Shown in pieces: positions 27,360 to 36,665 of a DNA stretch of 64,000 nucleotides; position 1 is the first letter of the stretch; the number at the start of each line of letters is the position of its first letter. The stretch is from Hymenobacter sp. (GTDB lineage: Bacteria; Bacteroidota; Bacteroidia; Cytophagales; Hymenobacteraceae). The notes beneath the pieces are model-generated. The model was not told where the DNA came from. It did no database searches and was given only the letters and a program-made list of their open reading frames with translations. The position numbers were made by a program, and so were the translations under genes. Location: the NCBI RefSeq assembly GCF_035709525.1, contig NZ_DASTEP010000124.1, positions 12,851 through 76,850 of the forward strand. The letters are read 5' to 3'.

Positions 27360-27728
27360 TCAACATCTAACGCCCCCTATCCGCCACACCCACCACAGCA
27401 GCAGCGGCTGCATGGGTAGCCGCGCCCACAGCGCCCAGGCCGGCAGGTGCAGCTGCTCGTGAATTTGAAGCATGTAGATGTTGGCCGGAAACACGGCCAG
27501 CAATAGCGCCAGCAGGCCCCAGGCGGCCGCGCGCCGGGTGGCGGGCAGCAGCAAGCCCAGGCCGCCCGCCACCTCGGCCGCGCCGCTCAGCGCTACCAGC
27601 AGCCGGGGTGCGGGCAGCCAGGGCGGCATGATGCGCAGGTAGGGCGCGGGTTTGAGAAAATGCAGCAGGCCTGCCCCCACGAAGAGCGCGGCCAGCACAT
27701 AAAGCGACCAAGAAGGGCGACGGGACAT
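27360..27728 (-). CDS. DoxX-like membrane protein
   Basis: MSRRPSWSLYVLAALFVGAGLLHF...SGAAEVAGGLGLL...AVFPANIYM; true start ATG 27728 lies within a longer shadow ORF. Confidence 0.82.
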   Translation of the reverse strand: MSRRPSWSLYVLAALFVGAGLLHFLKPAPYLRIMPPWLPAPRLLVALSGAAEVAGGLGLLLPATRRAAAWGLLALLLAVFPANIYMLQIHEQLHLPAWALWARLPMQPLLLWWVWRIGGVRC

Positions 27729-27785
27729 ATTATTAGCGCAACTCAGCGTTAAGTCCGGAAAGAGGATGGCTGCGTACCTACGTTT

Positions 27786-27793
27786 TACCTTTG
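27786..27793 (+). promoter_or_regulatory. -7 element (TACCTTTG) upstream of lptB
   Basis: TAnnTTTG match 10 nt before the ATG. Confidence 0.65.
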
Positions 27794-27803
27794 CCCATAG
27801 CCT

Positions 27804-28541
27804 ATGATACTTCGCGCCGAGCACCTCATCAAGCAATACAAAGCCCGCACCGTCGTCAACGACATGTCCTTGTCCGTGGCGCAGGGCGAAATCGTGGGGC
27901 TGCTGGGGCCCAACGGGGCCGGCAAAACCACCTGCTTCTACATGATGGTGGGCATGGTGAAAGCCAACTCGGGCAATATCTTCATTGACGATGAAAACAT
28001 TACCCGGCTGCCCATCTACCAGCGGGCGCGGCGCGGCATGGGCTACCTGGCCCAGGAAGCCAGCGTGTTTCGCGACCTGAGCGTGGAGGAAAACATCCTG
28101 GCGGTGCTCGAAATGACGGACCTGCCCAAGAAGGCCCAGCGCGACAAGGTAGAGGAACTGCTCGAAGAGTTCAGCCTGGGCCACGTGCGCAAAAACCTGG
28201 GCCGCGTGCTGAGCGGCGGCGAGCGCCGCCGCACCGAAATAGCCCGCGCCCTGGCCGTGAACCCCAAATTCGTGCTGCTCGACGAGCCTTTTGCCGGCGT
28301 AGACCCCATCGCTACCGAGGAAATTCAGGGCATCGTGGCCAAGCTCAAAAACCAGAACATCGGCGTGCTCATCACCGACCACGACGTGAACTCGACCCTC
28401 GAAATCGTGGACCGCGCCTACTTGCTCTTCGAAGGCAAGCTGCTGAAAGCCGGCACCGCCGAAGAGCTGGCCGCCGACGAAACCGTGCGCCGCGTGTACC
28501 TGGGCAAGAACTTCGAGTTCAAGCGCAAGGTGTTTAATTGA
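27804..28541 (+). CDS. lptB: LPS export ABC transporter ATP-binding protein
   Basis: [41 protein letters not shown] and LITDH. Confidence 0.95.
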   Translation: MILRAEHLIKQYKARTVVNDMSLSVAQGEIVGLLGPNGAGKTTCFYMMVGMVKANSGNIFIDDENITRLPIYQRARRGMGYLAQEASVFRDLSVEENILAVLEMTDLPKKAQRDKVEELLEEFSLGHVRKNLGRVLSGGERRRTEIARALAVNPKFVLLDEPFAGVDPIATEEIQGIVAKLKNQNIGVLITDHDVNSTLEIVDRAYLLFEGKLLKAGTAEELAADETVRRVYLGKNFEFKRKVFN

Positions 28542-28584
28542 GTTCTGAGTTTTTAGTTTTGAGTGCTGAGTTGCCAGGCACGGT

Positions 28585-28678
28585 TGTCCTTGCGAGCGCA
28601 GCGAGGCACTCGCACCCGCGCGGAACCCGAACGGCGACGCACAACAGGTGCGAGTACTTGGCTGCGCTCGCAAGGACA
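28585..28678. repeat. Variant family A palindrome (TGTCCTTGCGAGCGCAGC ... GCTGCGCTCGCAAGGACA), flanked by short tandem GAGTT/AACTC arms
   Basis: Inverted arms read directly. Confidence 0.78.
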
Positions 28679-28736
28679 GTTGTTTTCCAACGTCTCAAAC
28701 TCAAAACTCCTAATCCAAAACTCTTAACTAAACGAA

Positions 28737-30266
28737 GTGCTCGACCTTGCCATTGCCGCTGCTACCCAGCTCACGAGCCTGCCCCGGCTGGCGCGGGTGC
28801 GCGAGCAGCCGCACGAGTTGCAAGCAGCCGTACTGCGCTACCTGCTGGGCCGGGCGCAGCCCACGGCCTGGGGCCGCCGCTACGGCTACGCGGCCGGCCT
28901 GAGCGCCGCCGAGTTTGCGGCCCGCGTGCCCGTGAGCGCTTACGAGCAGCTGTATCCCGAGCTCGAAAAAGTGCTGCGCGGCCAGTCCGACGTGCTGTGG
29001 CCCGGCCCCGCCCCGGCCTGGCAGGCCAAGAGCAGCGGCACCACCAACGCCCGCAGCAAGTACATCCCGCTTACTAGCGAGGCGCTACGCGGCAACCACT
29101 ACCGCGCCGGGCGCGACATGCTGGCGCTCAGCACCCACCTCTACCCGCAGCACCGCCTTTTGCAGGGCAAAACGTTGAGTTTGGGAGGCACCCACGCGGC
29201 CAGCCCCTTCGGGGGCGCGGCGCGGGCCGGCGATGTGTCGGCCCTCATCATGCAAAGCCTGCCGGGCTGGGCCGAGTACCTGCGCACCCCGCCCCTGGAG
29301 CTGGCCTTGCTGGACGAGTGGGAGGAAAAAATTGAGCGCATCGCCCGCCACGTGCTCACGCAGGATGTGCGCGTGCTGGCCGGCGTGCCCACCTGGATGC
29401 TGGTGCTGCTGCGCCGCGTGCTGGCCTTGGCCGGGGCCGCTACCATTACGGAGGTGTGGCCGCAGCTGGGCTTGTTTCTGCACGGCGCGGTGGCGTTCGG
29501 GCCCTATCGGGAGCTGTTTGGGCAGCTCGCGCCGGGCCCGCACATGCGCTACCTCGAGATTTACAACGCCTCGGAAGGCTACTTTGCCCTGCAAGACCAG
29601 CCCGACAGCGCCGACCTGCTGCTGCTGCTCGACCACGGCATTTACTACGAGTTTTTGCCCGCCGCGCAGTTCGACAGCCCCGACCCGCGCCCCGTGCCGC
29701 TGGAAGCCGTGGAAATCGGCCCGAGCTACGCGCTGGTCATCAGCACCAGCGCGGGGCTGTGGCGCTACCTGGTCGGCGACACGGTGCGCTTTACGTCGCT
29801 GCGGCCCTACCGCATTCGCATCACAGGGCGTACCAAGCACTTTCTCAACGCCTTTGGCGAAGAGGTGGTAATCGAAAACGCCGAAGCCGCCGTGGCCGCC
29901 GCCGCCCAGGCCACCGGCGTGCTGGTGCGCGATTTCACGGCCGCGCCGGTCTATTTTGCGGCCGAGGCTGCCTCGCGCGGCGGCCACGAGTGGGCCGTGG
30001 AATGCGCCGGCCCGCCGCCCGCCCAGGCCGCGCTTTTCGCCCAGGTGCTCGACCAGACTTTGCGCCAGCTCAACTCGGACTACGACGCCAAGCGCCACCG
30101 CGACCTGGCCCTGGCCGCGCCGCGCGTGCACTTCGTGCCCGCCGGCACCTTCGAGGCATGGCTGCGCCAGCGCGGCCCACTGGGCGGCCAGCGCAAGGTG
30201 CCAAGGCTCAGCAACTCGCGCGAGGTGTTGGAGGCAGTGCTGGAAGCGGGTGGGGTTTGTGGATGA
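28737..30266 (+). CDS. GH3 auxin-responsive promoter family acyl-adenylate/amido synthetase
   Basis: KSSGTT..RSKYIP, YLEIYNASEG, LWRYLVGDTV, ITGRTKHF and GGQRKVPRL. Confidence 0.9.
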   Translation: MLDLAIAAATQLTSLPRLARVREQPHELQAAVLRYLLGRAQPTAWGRRYGYAAGLSAAEFAARVPVSAYEQLYPELEKVLRGQSDVLWPGPAPAWQAKSSGTTNARSKYIPLTSEALRGNHYRAGRDMLALSTHLYPQHRLLQGKTLSLGGTHAASPFGGAARAGDVSALIMQSLPGWAEYLRTPPLELALLDEWEEKIERIARHVLTQDVRVLAGVPTWMLVLLRRVLALAGAATITEVWPQLGLFLHGAVAFGPYRELFGQLAPGPHMRYLEIYNASEGYFALQDQPDSADLLLLLDHGIYYEFLPAAQFDSPDPRPVPLEAVEIGPSYALVISTSAGLWRYLVGDTVRFTSLRPYRIRITGRTKHFLNAFGEEVVIENAEAAVAAAAQATGVLVRDFTAAPVYFAAEAASRGGHEWAVECAGPPPAQAALFAQVLDQTLRQLNSDYDAKRHRDLALAAPRVHFVPAGTFEAWLRQRGPLGGQRKVPRLSNSREVLEAVLEAGGVCG

Positions 30267-30313
30267 GTGGATGAGTGGATGGGTGAGTAAGAAGCAAGTA
30301 CGCAAAAAGCAAA

Positions 30314-30407
30314 TCCGTCATGCTGAGCCTGCCGAAGCATCTCTACCGCACCGTTGAACTATCATAATGGTGCGGTAGAGATGCTTCGGCAAGCTCAGCA
30401 TGACGGA
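30314..30407. repeat. REP-like family A palindrome
   Basis: TCCGTCATGCTGAGC..GCCGAAGCATCTCTACCGCACC ... GGTGCGGTAGAGATGCTTCGGC..GCTCAGCATGACGGA. Confidence 0.88.
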
Positions 30408-30432
30408 CGTTTTTTACCGTCAACGCAGCTGA

Positions 30433-31575
30433 CTACTTCAGCTCCTCGGCACCTTCGGCGGCTTGCTTGCGTTTTTTCTCCACCGAGTCAATCAGCTTGC
30501 CGAAGGGCTCGATAAATTTCTGCACGCCTTCGTCTTCGAGCTGCTGGGTAGCGGCGTTGAGGTCGATGCCGAGCTTGGGCAGGTCGGCCAGCACTTGGCG
30601 GGCTTTGTCGAGGCCCTGCTCCAAGCGGTCGGCGGGCTGGCCTTTCTCCTTGAAGATGTCCATCGTTTCGACCGGAATGGTGTTCACCGTTTTTGGGCCG
30701 ATGAGGTTTTCGACGTACTTCAGGTCGTCGTATTTCGGGTTTTTATTGCCGGTACTGGCCCACAGCAGGCGCTGGGTGTTGGCGCCTTTGTCGGCCAGGG
30801 CCTGCCAGCGCGGGCCAGCGAAGATTTCCTTGTAGAGTTGGTACGCCTGCTTAGCGCTGCTCAGGGCTACTTCGCCCACCAGCGACTCGGCTAGCTGGCC
30901 TTTCTCGCCGCCTTCGGCCGCGAGCTTTTCCAGCTGCGGGTCGAGCAGTACGTCGATGCGGCTCAAAAAGAAGCTGGCTACCGAGTCGATGCGCTCCAGC
31001 GACTGGCCGGTTTTGAGGCGGTCCTCAAGGCCGGCAATGAAGGCTTCGGCCACGGCTTTGTAGCGGTCGAGGCCGAAAATGAGGGTTACGTTGACGTTGA
31101 TGCCTTCCGAAATAGCCGTGCGAATGGCGGGCAGCCCCTCTTTGGTGGCCGGAATCTTAATCATCACGTTGGGCCGGTCTACTGCTTTCCACAGCTTGCG
31201 GGCCTCGGCGATGGTGCCGTCGGTGTCGTTGGCGAGCTTGGGCGATACTTCGAGGCTCACGTAGCCGTCCGAGCTGTTGTCGTGGCTGTCGTAAAGACCT
31301 TTGAAGAGGTCGCAGGCGGCCTGCACGTCGGCCACGGCCAGGCCTTCGTAGATGTCTTCGGCGCTCTTGCCCTGCTGGGCCTGCTCCTTGATGGTTTGGT
31401 CGTAGTCGGACGAGCCGCCGATGGCTTTCTCAAAAATGGCGGGGTTGGAGGTGACGCCGCGCAGCGCGTCTTCATCGACGCGGCGCTTGAGCTCGCCGTT
31501 TTGCAATACTTTCCGGCTGATGAAGTCGAGCCACAGGCTTTGGTCGAGGCGGCGGATGTCAACTAAGGGATTCAT
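30433..31575 (-). CDS. tal: Transaldolase (type II)
   Basis: QSLWLDFISR, GVTSNPAIF, NVMIKIPAT, NVNVTLIF, SVASFFLSRID and LLWASTG. Confidence 0.94.
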   Translation of the reverse strand: MNPLVDIRRLDQSLWLDFISRKVLQNGELKRRVDEDALRGVTSNPAIFEKAIGGSSDYDQTIKEQAQQGKSAEDIYEGLAVADVQAACDLFKGLYDSHDNSSDGYVSLEVSPKLANDTDGTIAEARKLWKAVDRPNVMIKIPATKEGLPAIRTAISEGINVNVTLIFGLDRYKAVAEAFIAGLEDRLKTGQSLERIDSVASFFLSRIDVLLDPQLEKLAAEGGEKGQLAESLVGEVALSSAKQAYQLYKEIFAGPRWQALADKGANTQRLLWASTGNKNPKYDDLKYVENLIGPKTVNTIPVETMDIFKEKGQPADRLEQGLDKARQVLADLPKLGIDLNAATQQLEDEGVQKFIEPFGKLIDSVEKKRKQAAEGAEELK

Positions 31576-31765
31576 GGGCAATGGAAAAATGGGGTCTTAA
31601 AGGAAACGGCTGGCGCGGCGGGGGGTTGTGAGCGGCCCGCCGCACCCGCCGCTCCGGCGCGGCCAAGTTACGGCCGCCGCCGCCGCAGGCCACCTATCGG
31701 GCACTTGCACAACCTTGCGGGGGCTTTCGGGGTAAAATGGCTTCGCAACTCTTTTTCCTTTCCCC

Positions 31766-32059
31766 ATGAAATTCACGCAATTCGTGCTGGCCGCCGCCGT
31801 GTGCGCCACTACCGCCGCCTCGGCCCAGACTACCCCCACCCAAACCGCCCCGCGCGGCACCGGCTCGGCCGCGCCGAGCGCCGTGCCCAGCGGCATTCCC
31901 GCCCCCGCCGCCAACCCCCGGGGCGCGGTATCGGCCGGCGAAGTGTTCACTACCGGCTCGCCCGACGGCGATAAGATGAAGGCGTCGAAGCGCGACAAAG
32001 GCATGAAGCCCAAGGGCTCGATGTCGGACCACAAAGGCCATACGAAAGCCAAAATGTAG
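31766..32059 (+). CDS. Small secreted low-complexity protein
   Basis: Signal peptide MKFTQFVLAAAVCATTAASAQ followed by a disordered tail; followed by a terminator. Confidence 0.7.
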   Translation: MKFTQFVLAAAVCATTAASAQTTPTQTAPRGTGSAAPSAVPSGIPAPAANPRGAVSAGEVFTTGSPDGDKMKASKRDKGMKPKGSMSDHKGHTKAKM

Positions 32060-32081
32060 CCAGCTGTGCCGCTACCGGCCC

Positions 32082-32129
32082 AACCCAAAAAAGGCGCTTC
32101 TGCTCGGTAGAAGCGCCTTTTTTGGGTTT
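32082..32129. terminator. Bidirectional intrinsic terminator
   Basis: AACCCAAAAAAGGCGCTTCT-loop-AGAAGCGCCTTTTTTGGGTT between convergent genes. Confidence 0.82.
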
Positions 32130-32142
32130 AAGCGCGGGTTGC

Positions 32143-33369
32143 TCAGGGCTTGTCTATCCGGTAGAGGCGACCCTGGTCGGTGATGGCATACAGGGCCCCG
32201 TCGGCGCCCTGCGTGATGTCGCGGAAGCGCTGCCCTTCGCTGGCCAGCAGGCGCTCCTCGCCCACTACCCGGTTGTTGCTGAGCACCAAGCGCGCGATGT
32301 GCTGCCCGCTGAGCGAGGCCAGAAACAGGTTGTTTTGCCAGCCCGCGATGCGGCCGGAGGTGTAGAAGGTCATGCCACTGGGCGAGATAACGGGGTCCCA
32401 GTAATACACCGGCTGCTCGAGGCCGGCGGCCTGCTGAATGCTGCCCCCAATGGGCTGGCCGCTGTATTCGATGCCGTAGGTGATGGTGGGCCAGCCGTAG
32501 TTGGCCCCCGCTTGCAGGCGGTTGAGCTCGTCGCCCCCGCGCGGGCCGTGCTCGCTTTGCCACACCTCGCCCGTGGTGGGGTGCACGGCCAGCCCCTGCG
32601 GGTTGCGGTGCCCGATGGAGTAGAGCTCGGGCAACGCCCCGGCCGCCGCAAACGTGGGGTTGCCGGGGGCGGGCTGGCCGGCTTTGGTGAGGCGAATGAC
32701 CTTGCCCAGCGCCGAGGTGGCTGCCTGCGCCTGCGGGCGGGTAGCCAGGTCGGAGCGCTCGCCGGTGCTGATGAGCAGGTGGCCCGTGCGGTCGAACACC
32801 ACCCGGCCGCCGTAGTGCAGCGTGCCCGCGTAGGCGGGCTCGGCCCGGTAGATAACGGCCGCGTTTTCGATGGTGCGCTCGTCATTGGCCAGCCGGCCCT
32901 TGCCGATGGCCGTGAGGTTGCCGCCGGGGCGCGCTTCCGAAAACGACCAGTATACCAGGCGGTTGCTGGCAAAATCGGGGTCGAGGCACAGCCCCAGCAG
33001 CCCGCCCTGCCCGGCGGGGTTCACGGCCGGCAGGCCCGTGATGGGGGCGCTCACGGCCCCGGCCGCCGTCACGAGGCGCAGCTGGCCGGCTTTCTCGGTG
33101 ATGAGTAGGCGGCCATCGGGCAGGGCGGCGATGCCCCAAGGGCTGGTGAGGCCCGACGTGACGGCCGCCGCCCGGTAGCTGCTGGCCGGGGTGCTGAAGC
33201 CGCTGGCGCGGGTTTGGCCCGCGAAGGCCGGGGGGTAGGCGGTGTTGGGGGCGCTGGTTTCGACGGGGGCCGTGGGGGTGGCGTCGGGCGCGGCCTCCTC
33301 GTCCTGGTTTTGGGAGCAGGCCCCGAGCGCAAGCGAGCAACCTACTAGAAAGCAAACGTGGCGATTCAT
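32143..33369 (-). CDS. PQQ-dependent sugar dehydrogenase (GSDH family) lipoprotein
   Basis: Lipobox LALGAC; PWGIAALPDG, GQGGLL, HYGGR, GHRNPQG, EHGPRGGDELN and NYGWP. Start ATG 33369. Confidence 0.9.
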   Translation of the reverse strand: MNRHVCFLVGCSLALGACSQNQDEEAAPDATPTAPVETSAPNTAYPPAFAGQTRASGFSTPASSYRAAAVTSGLTSPWGIAALPDGRLLITEKAGQLRLVTAAGAVSAPITGLPAVNPAGQGGLLGLCLDPDFASNRLVYWSFSEARPGGNLTAIGKGRLANDERTIENAAVIYRAEPAYAGTLHYGGRVVFDRTGHLLISTGERSDLATRPQAQAATSALGKVIRLTKAGQPAPGNPTFAAAGALPELYSIGHRNPQGLAVHPTTGEVWQSEHGPRGGDELNRLQAGANYGWPTITYGIEYSGQPIGGSIQQAAGLEQPVYYWDPVISPSGMTFYTSGRIAGWQNNLFLASLSGQHIARLVLSNNRVVGEERLLASEGQRFRDITQGADGALYAITDQGRLYRIDKP

Positions 33370-33666
33370 AAGCGGTGAGCGGGCTGGTGAGCTAAAAACT
33401 ACCTGCCTCATACGGCAACGCGGGGCTTTTAGCTGCCTTTTCTTCATCCGTTCCTCATGCGGCGCGGGCGCGGCCAACAAGCCGCTGGCACCCAACCCGC
33501 CCGGAGCGCCATGCCCGCGTTAAGTGGCAAGAAAAAAATAGCACTGCCTAAAGTCTGCCCGCCGCCCTATTTGTATAGGCCTAGCTGCGCAGGTTTGCCA
33601 CCGGCGGGCAATTCTCTCAGCCGGGCGGCGCGCTGCCCTCCTTCCCTACCCCCTTTTACTACCTGT

Positions 33667-33896
33667 ATGTCACTAAGCGCTACGTGCTAACCCGGCCCGG
33701 CCCGGCGCGCCTGCGGCACGCCCTGGCCCTACTTGGCCTGCTGCTGCCGGCCAGCGCCTGGGCGCAGCTCACGGGCACCAAGACCGTGCCGGGCAGCTAC
33801 CCCACGCTGGCCGCCGCCATTGCCGCCCTCAACGCGCAGGGCGTGGGCATGGGCGCGGGCGGCATCACGTTCAACGTGGCGGCGGGCTACGCCGAA
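33667..33896 (+). pseudogene. 5' remnant of a secreted (probably T9SS cargo) protein
   Basis: Signal peptide followed by AQLTGTKTVPGSYPTLAAAIAALNAQGVG..GGITFNVAAGYAE, then an abrupt end. ATG at 33667 is out of frame with the rest. Confidence 0.65.
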
Positions 33897-33922
33897 CGGG
33901 CCTTTTTGGTGGGCAGTCACCT

Positions 33923-35464
33923 TTAGAGAGGCAGCGCCACGGTAAAAGTGGAGCCTATTCCTAGTTCACTTTGCACCGTGATGGTACCGCCCGCGTTCTC
34001 AATGAGGCGTTTGATGGAGTACAGGCCCACGCCCGACCCTTCGATGTGGGTGTGCAGGCGCTGAAACAACCCAAACAGGCGCGTTTGCTGCTTTGGTGCC
34101 AGCCCCAGCCCGTTATCCTGCACCGTGAGCACGGCCTGCTCGGCGGTGCATCGGGCGCGCACCTCGATAACGGGCGGGCGCACGAGGTCGCGGTACTTGA
34201 GGGCGTTGCTGAGTAGGTTGAACAGAATGGAGCGCAGGTCTTTGGGCGGAAAGCGCACGGTCGCGCACGCCGCCAGGTCGATGCGTAGCTCCGCGCACGC
34301 CGCTGCGAGGCTGGGGGCCAGGTCGAGGCGCACATCTTCCAGCAGCGTGGCCAGCTCTATCGCCGGGGTGGGCTCCGCGCTTTTGGCCTGAAGCTGCATG
34401 ACGTTGGTCAGGTGCCCGATAGTTTGCTGAAAGCGCGCGATAGCGTTGTCAATCAGCGTGAAGACAGTGGCAATAGTGGACTGGCGCAGCCACTCGGGCG
34501 GCAAATCCTGGCGCAGCACGTTTACCAAGCCCTCAATATTGGCAATCGGGGCGCGCAGGTCATGCGAGGCCGTGTAAATGAAGGTGTCCAGGTCGGCATT
34601 CACGCGCGTGAGCTGCTGGTTGAGGGCTAGTACCTGCCGGCGCGCCCGCACCTGCTCGCTCACGTCGAAAGCAAACACGTACACCCCATCGACCTGCCCG
34701 TGCGCGTTGTAGCGCGCCTGAAACGTGTGGTTGAAGTAGCTTTCCTCGGAGTCGCTTCCGGCCGTGCGCTCCCAGGACACGGGCACTTCCTGGTCGCGGT
34801 AAGTCTGGCCGGTGCGGTACACCTGCTCCAGGTGCTCCCACACGGCGGTGCCCTTAAACTCGGGCACCGCCGCCAGCAGCGGCCGGCCCAGCAGCTGGCG
34901 GCCCGCAAACAGCCGCTGGTAGCCCGGATTTACAAGCTCATACACCAACTCAGGCCCCTTGAGCAGGCAGATGGCCGCCGGGGCCTGCAATACGAGCTGG
35001 CTAAGCCGCTGGCGCTCCTGCTCGACCTGGACCAGGGCCCGCCGCTCCCGGTCCTGGGCTTGCGCCATGGCTTGGCGGGCCAGCACCTCTTCGGTAACAT
35101 TGACGGAGCTGTGGATGATATAGTGCAGCTTGCCCTGCGCATCGAATACGGGCGTGTTGCGCGGCAGCCAGTGGCGCTCCACGAAGTGCCCCGGCCGCTC
35201 GGGGTCGAGCACGTCGTAGTGTTGCAGAGCCATCTGGTGAGGTTGGCCCGTGGCTATGACGAGCTCCAGAGAAGCGCGCCAGTTGCGCACGGCGTTCGCC
35301 TCCGGGGCGGCTGGGTTGTCGGGAAAAGCGTCGAAAAGGTAGCGGCCGACCAACTCGTCGCGCCGCTTGAGGGTATCGGCCAGATAAGCGTTGCTGGCGG
35401 TAAGAATAAGCAGCTCGGGGGAAACCACGATGTAGGAATCGGGCACCGTTTCGAGGGCTCGCAA
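33923..35464 (-). CDS. PAS-domain sensor histidine kinase (orphan)
   Basis: Two PAS-like segments; H-box YTASHDLRAP, N-box NLLSNALKY, DNGLG and GSGVGL. Confidence 0.9.
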   Translation of the reverse strand: MRALETVPDSYIVVSPELLILTASNAYLADTLKRRDELVGRYLFDAFPDNPAAPEANAVRNWRASLELVIATGQPHQMALQHYDVLDPERPGHFVERHWLPRNTPVFDAQGKLHYIIHSSVNVTEEVLARQAMAQAQDRERRALVQVEQERQRLSQLVLQAPAAICLLKGPELVYELVNPGYQRLFAGRQLLGRPLLAAVPEFKGTAVWEHLEQVYRTGQTYRDQEVPVSWERTAGSDSEESYFNHTFQARYNAHGQVDGVYVFAFDVSEQVRARRQVLALNQQLTRVNADLDTFIYTASHDLRAPIANIEGLVNVLRQDLPPEWLRQSTIATVFTLIDNAIARFQQTIGHLTNVMQLQAKSAEPTPAIELATLLEDVRLDLAPSLAAACAELRIDLAACATVRFPPKDLRSILFNLLSNALKYRDLVRPPVIEVRARCTAEQAVLTVQDNGLGLAPKQQTRLFGLFQRLHTHIEGSGVGLYSIKRLIENAGGTITVQSELGIGSTFTVALPL

Positions 35465-35849
35465 TTGCTCGGCAAGCGCCGGGGTAAGGTCGGTAGCGGG
35501 TATCAGGGTGGGTAGCTACAAGGCGTAAACCGCGGTGAAGAAGCGGAATATAGCGCCAGGTAGTTCCTGCTGCGAAAGGAGCTGAGGTGGTAAACCAGGG
35601 CGCTGCGGGGGCAAGAGCGCAAGCAACGCACAGATTGTGAATGAATCGATTACGAGAATCGTTGAGCGAAATAATGTTTCCGTAATTCCGCCACTTTTTG
35701 CGGCATCAGGAGCTTGTTGGGAAAGCCCGCCGTGGGCAGCTACCGGGCGCAGGCCGGGCCGGCGGGGTGAAGTGAAGTAGTGAGCAACCCCGTGGCAATG
35801 TGCTCCTACTTGCGACCACACAAAGCGAACCCCGGGGTACATAACCAAA

Positions 35850-35880
35850 AAACCCCTTCAGCAAGACGCTAAAGGGGTTT
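35850..35880 (-). terminator. Hairpin directly downstream of tRNA-Val
   Basis: AAACCCCTT(C)AGC-aagac-GCT(A)AAGGGGTTT. Confidence 0.7.
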
Positions 35881-35883
35881 ATG

Positions 35884-35957
<74 letters not shown>

Positions 35958-35986
35958 AATCGGTACTTGCTACCGGGCAGCGGGCA

Positions 35987-35994
35987 CAAAAGTA
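35987..35994 (-). promoter_or_regulatory. -7 element (TACTTTTG) for tRNA-Val
   Basis: TAnnTTTG match 30 nt upstream of the tRNA. Confidence 0.7.
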
Positions 35995-36081
35995 CGCAGC
36001 CCGGCGGGGTTTGGGCGAACAAATTTTGCGCGGCGGCCCGGTGGGGTGGCCGCAGGCGGCCCGGCCCCGTACCTTGCGGGT

Positions 36082-36582
36082 ATGCTGCATTCGATATTGC
36101 TAACCGCGCCGGCGTGGCTGGCCGCCTACCGCGCCCGCGAGCTGCTGCTGGGCCGGGGCCTGGGGCTGCTCGGGGCCTGGGCCCTGCTCAACCTGGTGGG
36201 CAGCGGCTACTGGCTGCCCCGCACCGACCGCCGCGAGGTAGCGCACCACTTCCACTTCATGAACTGCTGCTGGGGCTTTGTCAATGCCGTGCTGGCGGCG
36301 GTGGGCATCCTGCGCACGCACCCCGGCGCGCCGCCCGTGGGCTTCAGCGCCGCCGAGGCCCTGCACGACCAGCAGGTGCTGGTCTTTATTTTCCAGCTCA
36401 ATGCCGCGCTCGATATCGGCTACCTGCTGGTGGGCTGGTGGCTGGTAGCGCGGGCCGCCCGCCCCAGCCCCAATCCTTTTGGCCCCGCCCGGCTGCTGGG
36501 CTACGGCCGCTCGGTGTGGGTGCAGGGCAGCTTCCTACTGGTGTTCGACGCCATTATGGCCTGGGTGGTGAGTAGGGGATGA
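36082..36582 (+). CDS. Hypothetical membrane protein (DUF6992-like)
   Basis: Four hydrophobic segments; FHFMN..WG.VN, NAALDIGY and GYG.SV.VQG.FLL.FD patterns. Confidence 0.65.
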   Translation: MLHSILLTAPAWLAAYRARELLLGRGLGLLGAWALLNLVGSGYWLPRTDRREVAHHFHFMNCCWGFVNAVLAAVGILRTHPGAPPVGFSAAEALHDQQVLVFIFQLNAALDIGYLLVGWWLVARAARPSPNPFGPARLLGYGRSVWVQGSFLLVFDAIMAWVVSRG

Positions 36583-36665
36583 GCGGATGAGTGGATGAGT
36601 GGACAAAGTTTAACACACACTCATCCACTCATCCAAAACCCACTCATCCACTCATCCCCCTACTC
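36570..36665. repeat. Palindrome with tandem (GGATGAGT)n / (ACTCATCC)n arms containing the stop codons of both convergent genes
   Basis: Read directly; the same unit also occurs at 30261-30290. Confidence 0.82.

Noticed and set aside
27360-28673. 437-aa minus-strand ORF
   Set aside because: Only the last 122 codons (DoxX-like) are credible; the rest is antisense to lptB.
30433-31575. Transaldolase as a partner of the cluster's split transketolase
   Set aside because: It lies 23 kb away in an unrelated context; nothing in the sequence links them.
35732-35739. Additional GTGGGCAG match as a third att site
   Set aside because: Only 8 nt, and the same octamer occurs elsewhere (e.g. near 50394 and 61789), so it is consistent with chance.
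35516-35848. 110-aa ORF inside the tRNA-Val islet
   Set aside because: No recognisable motif and atypical composition; probably degraded non-coding remnant. No integrase motifs were seen.
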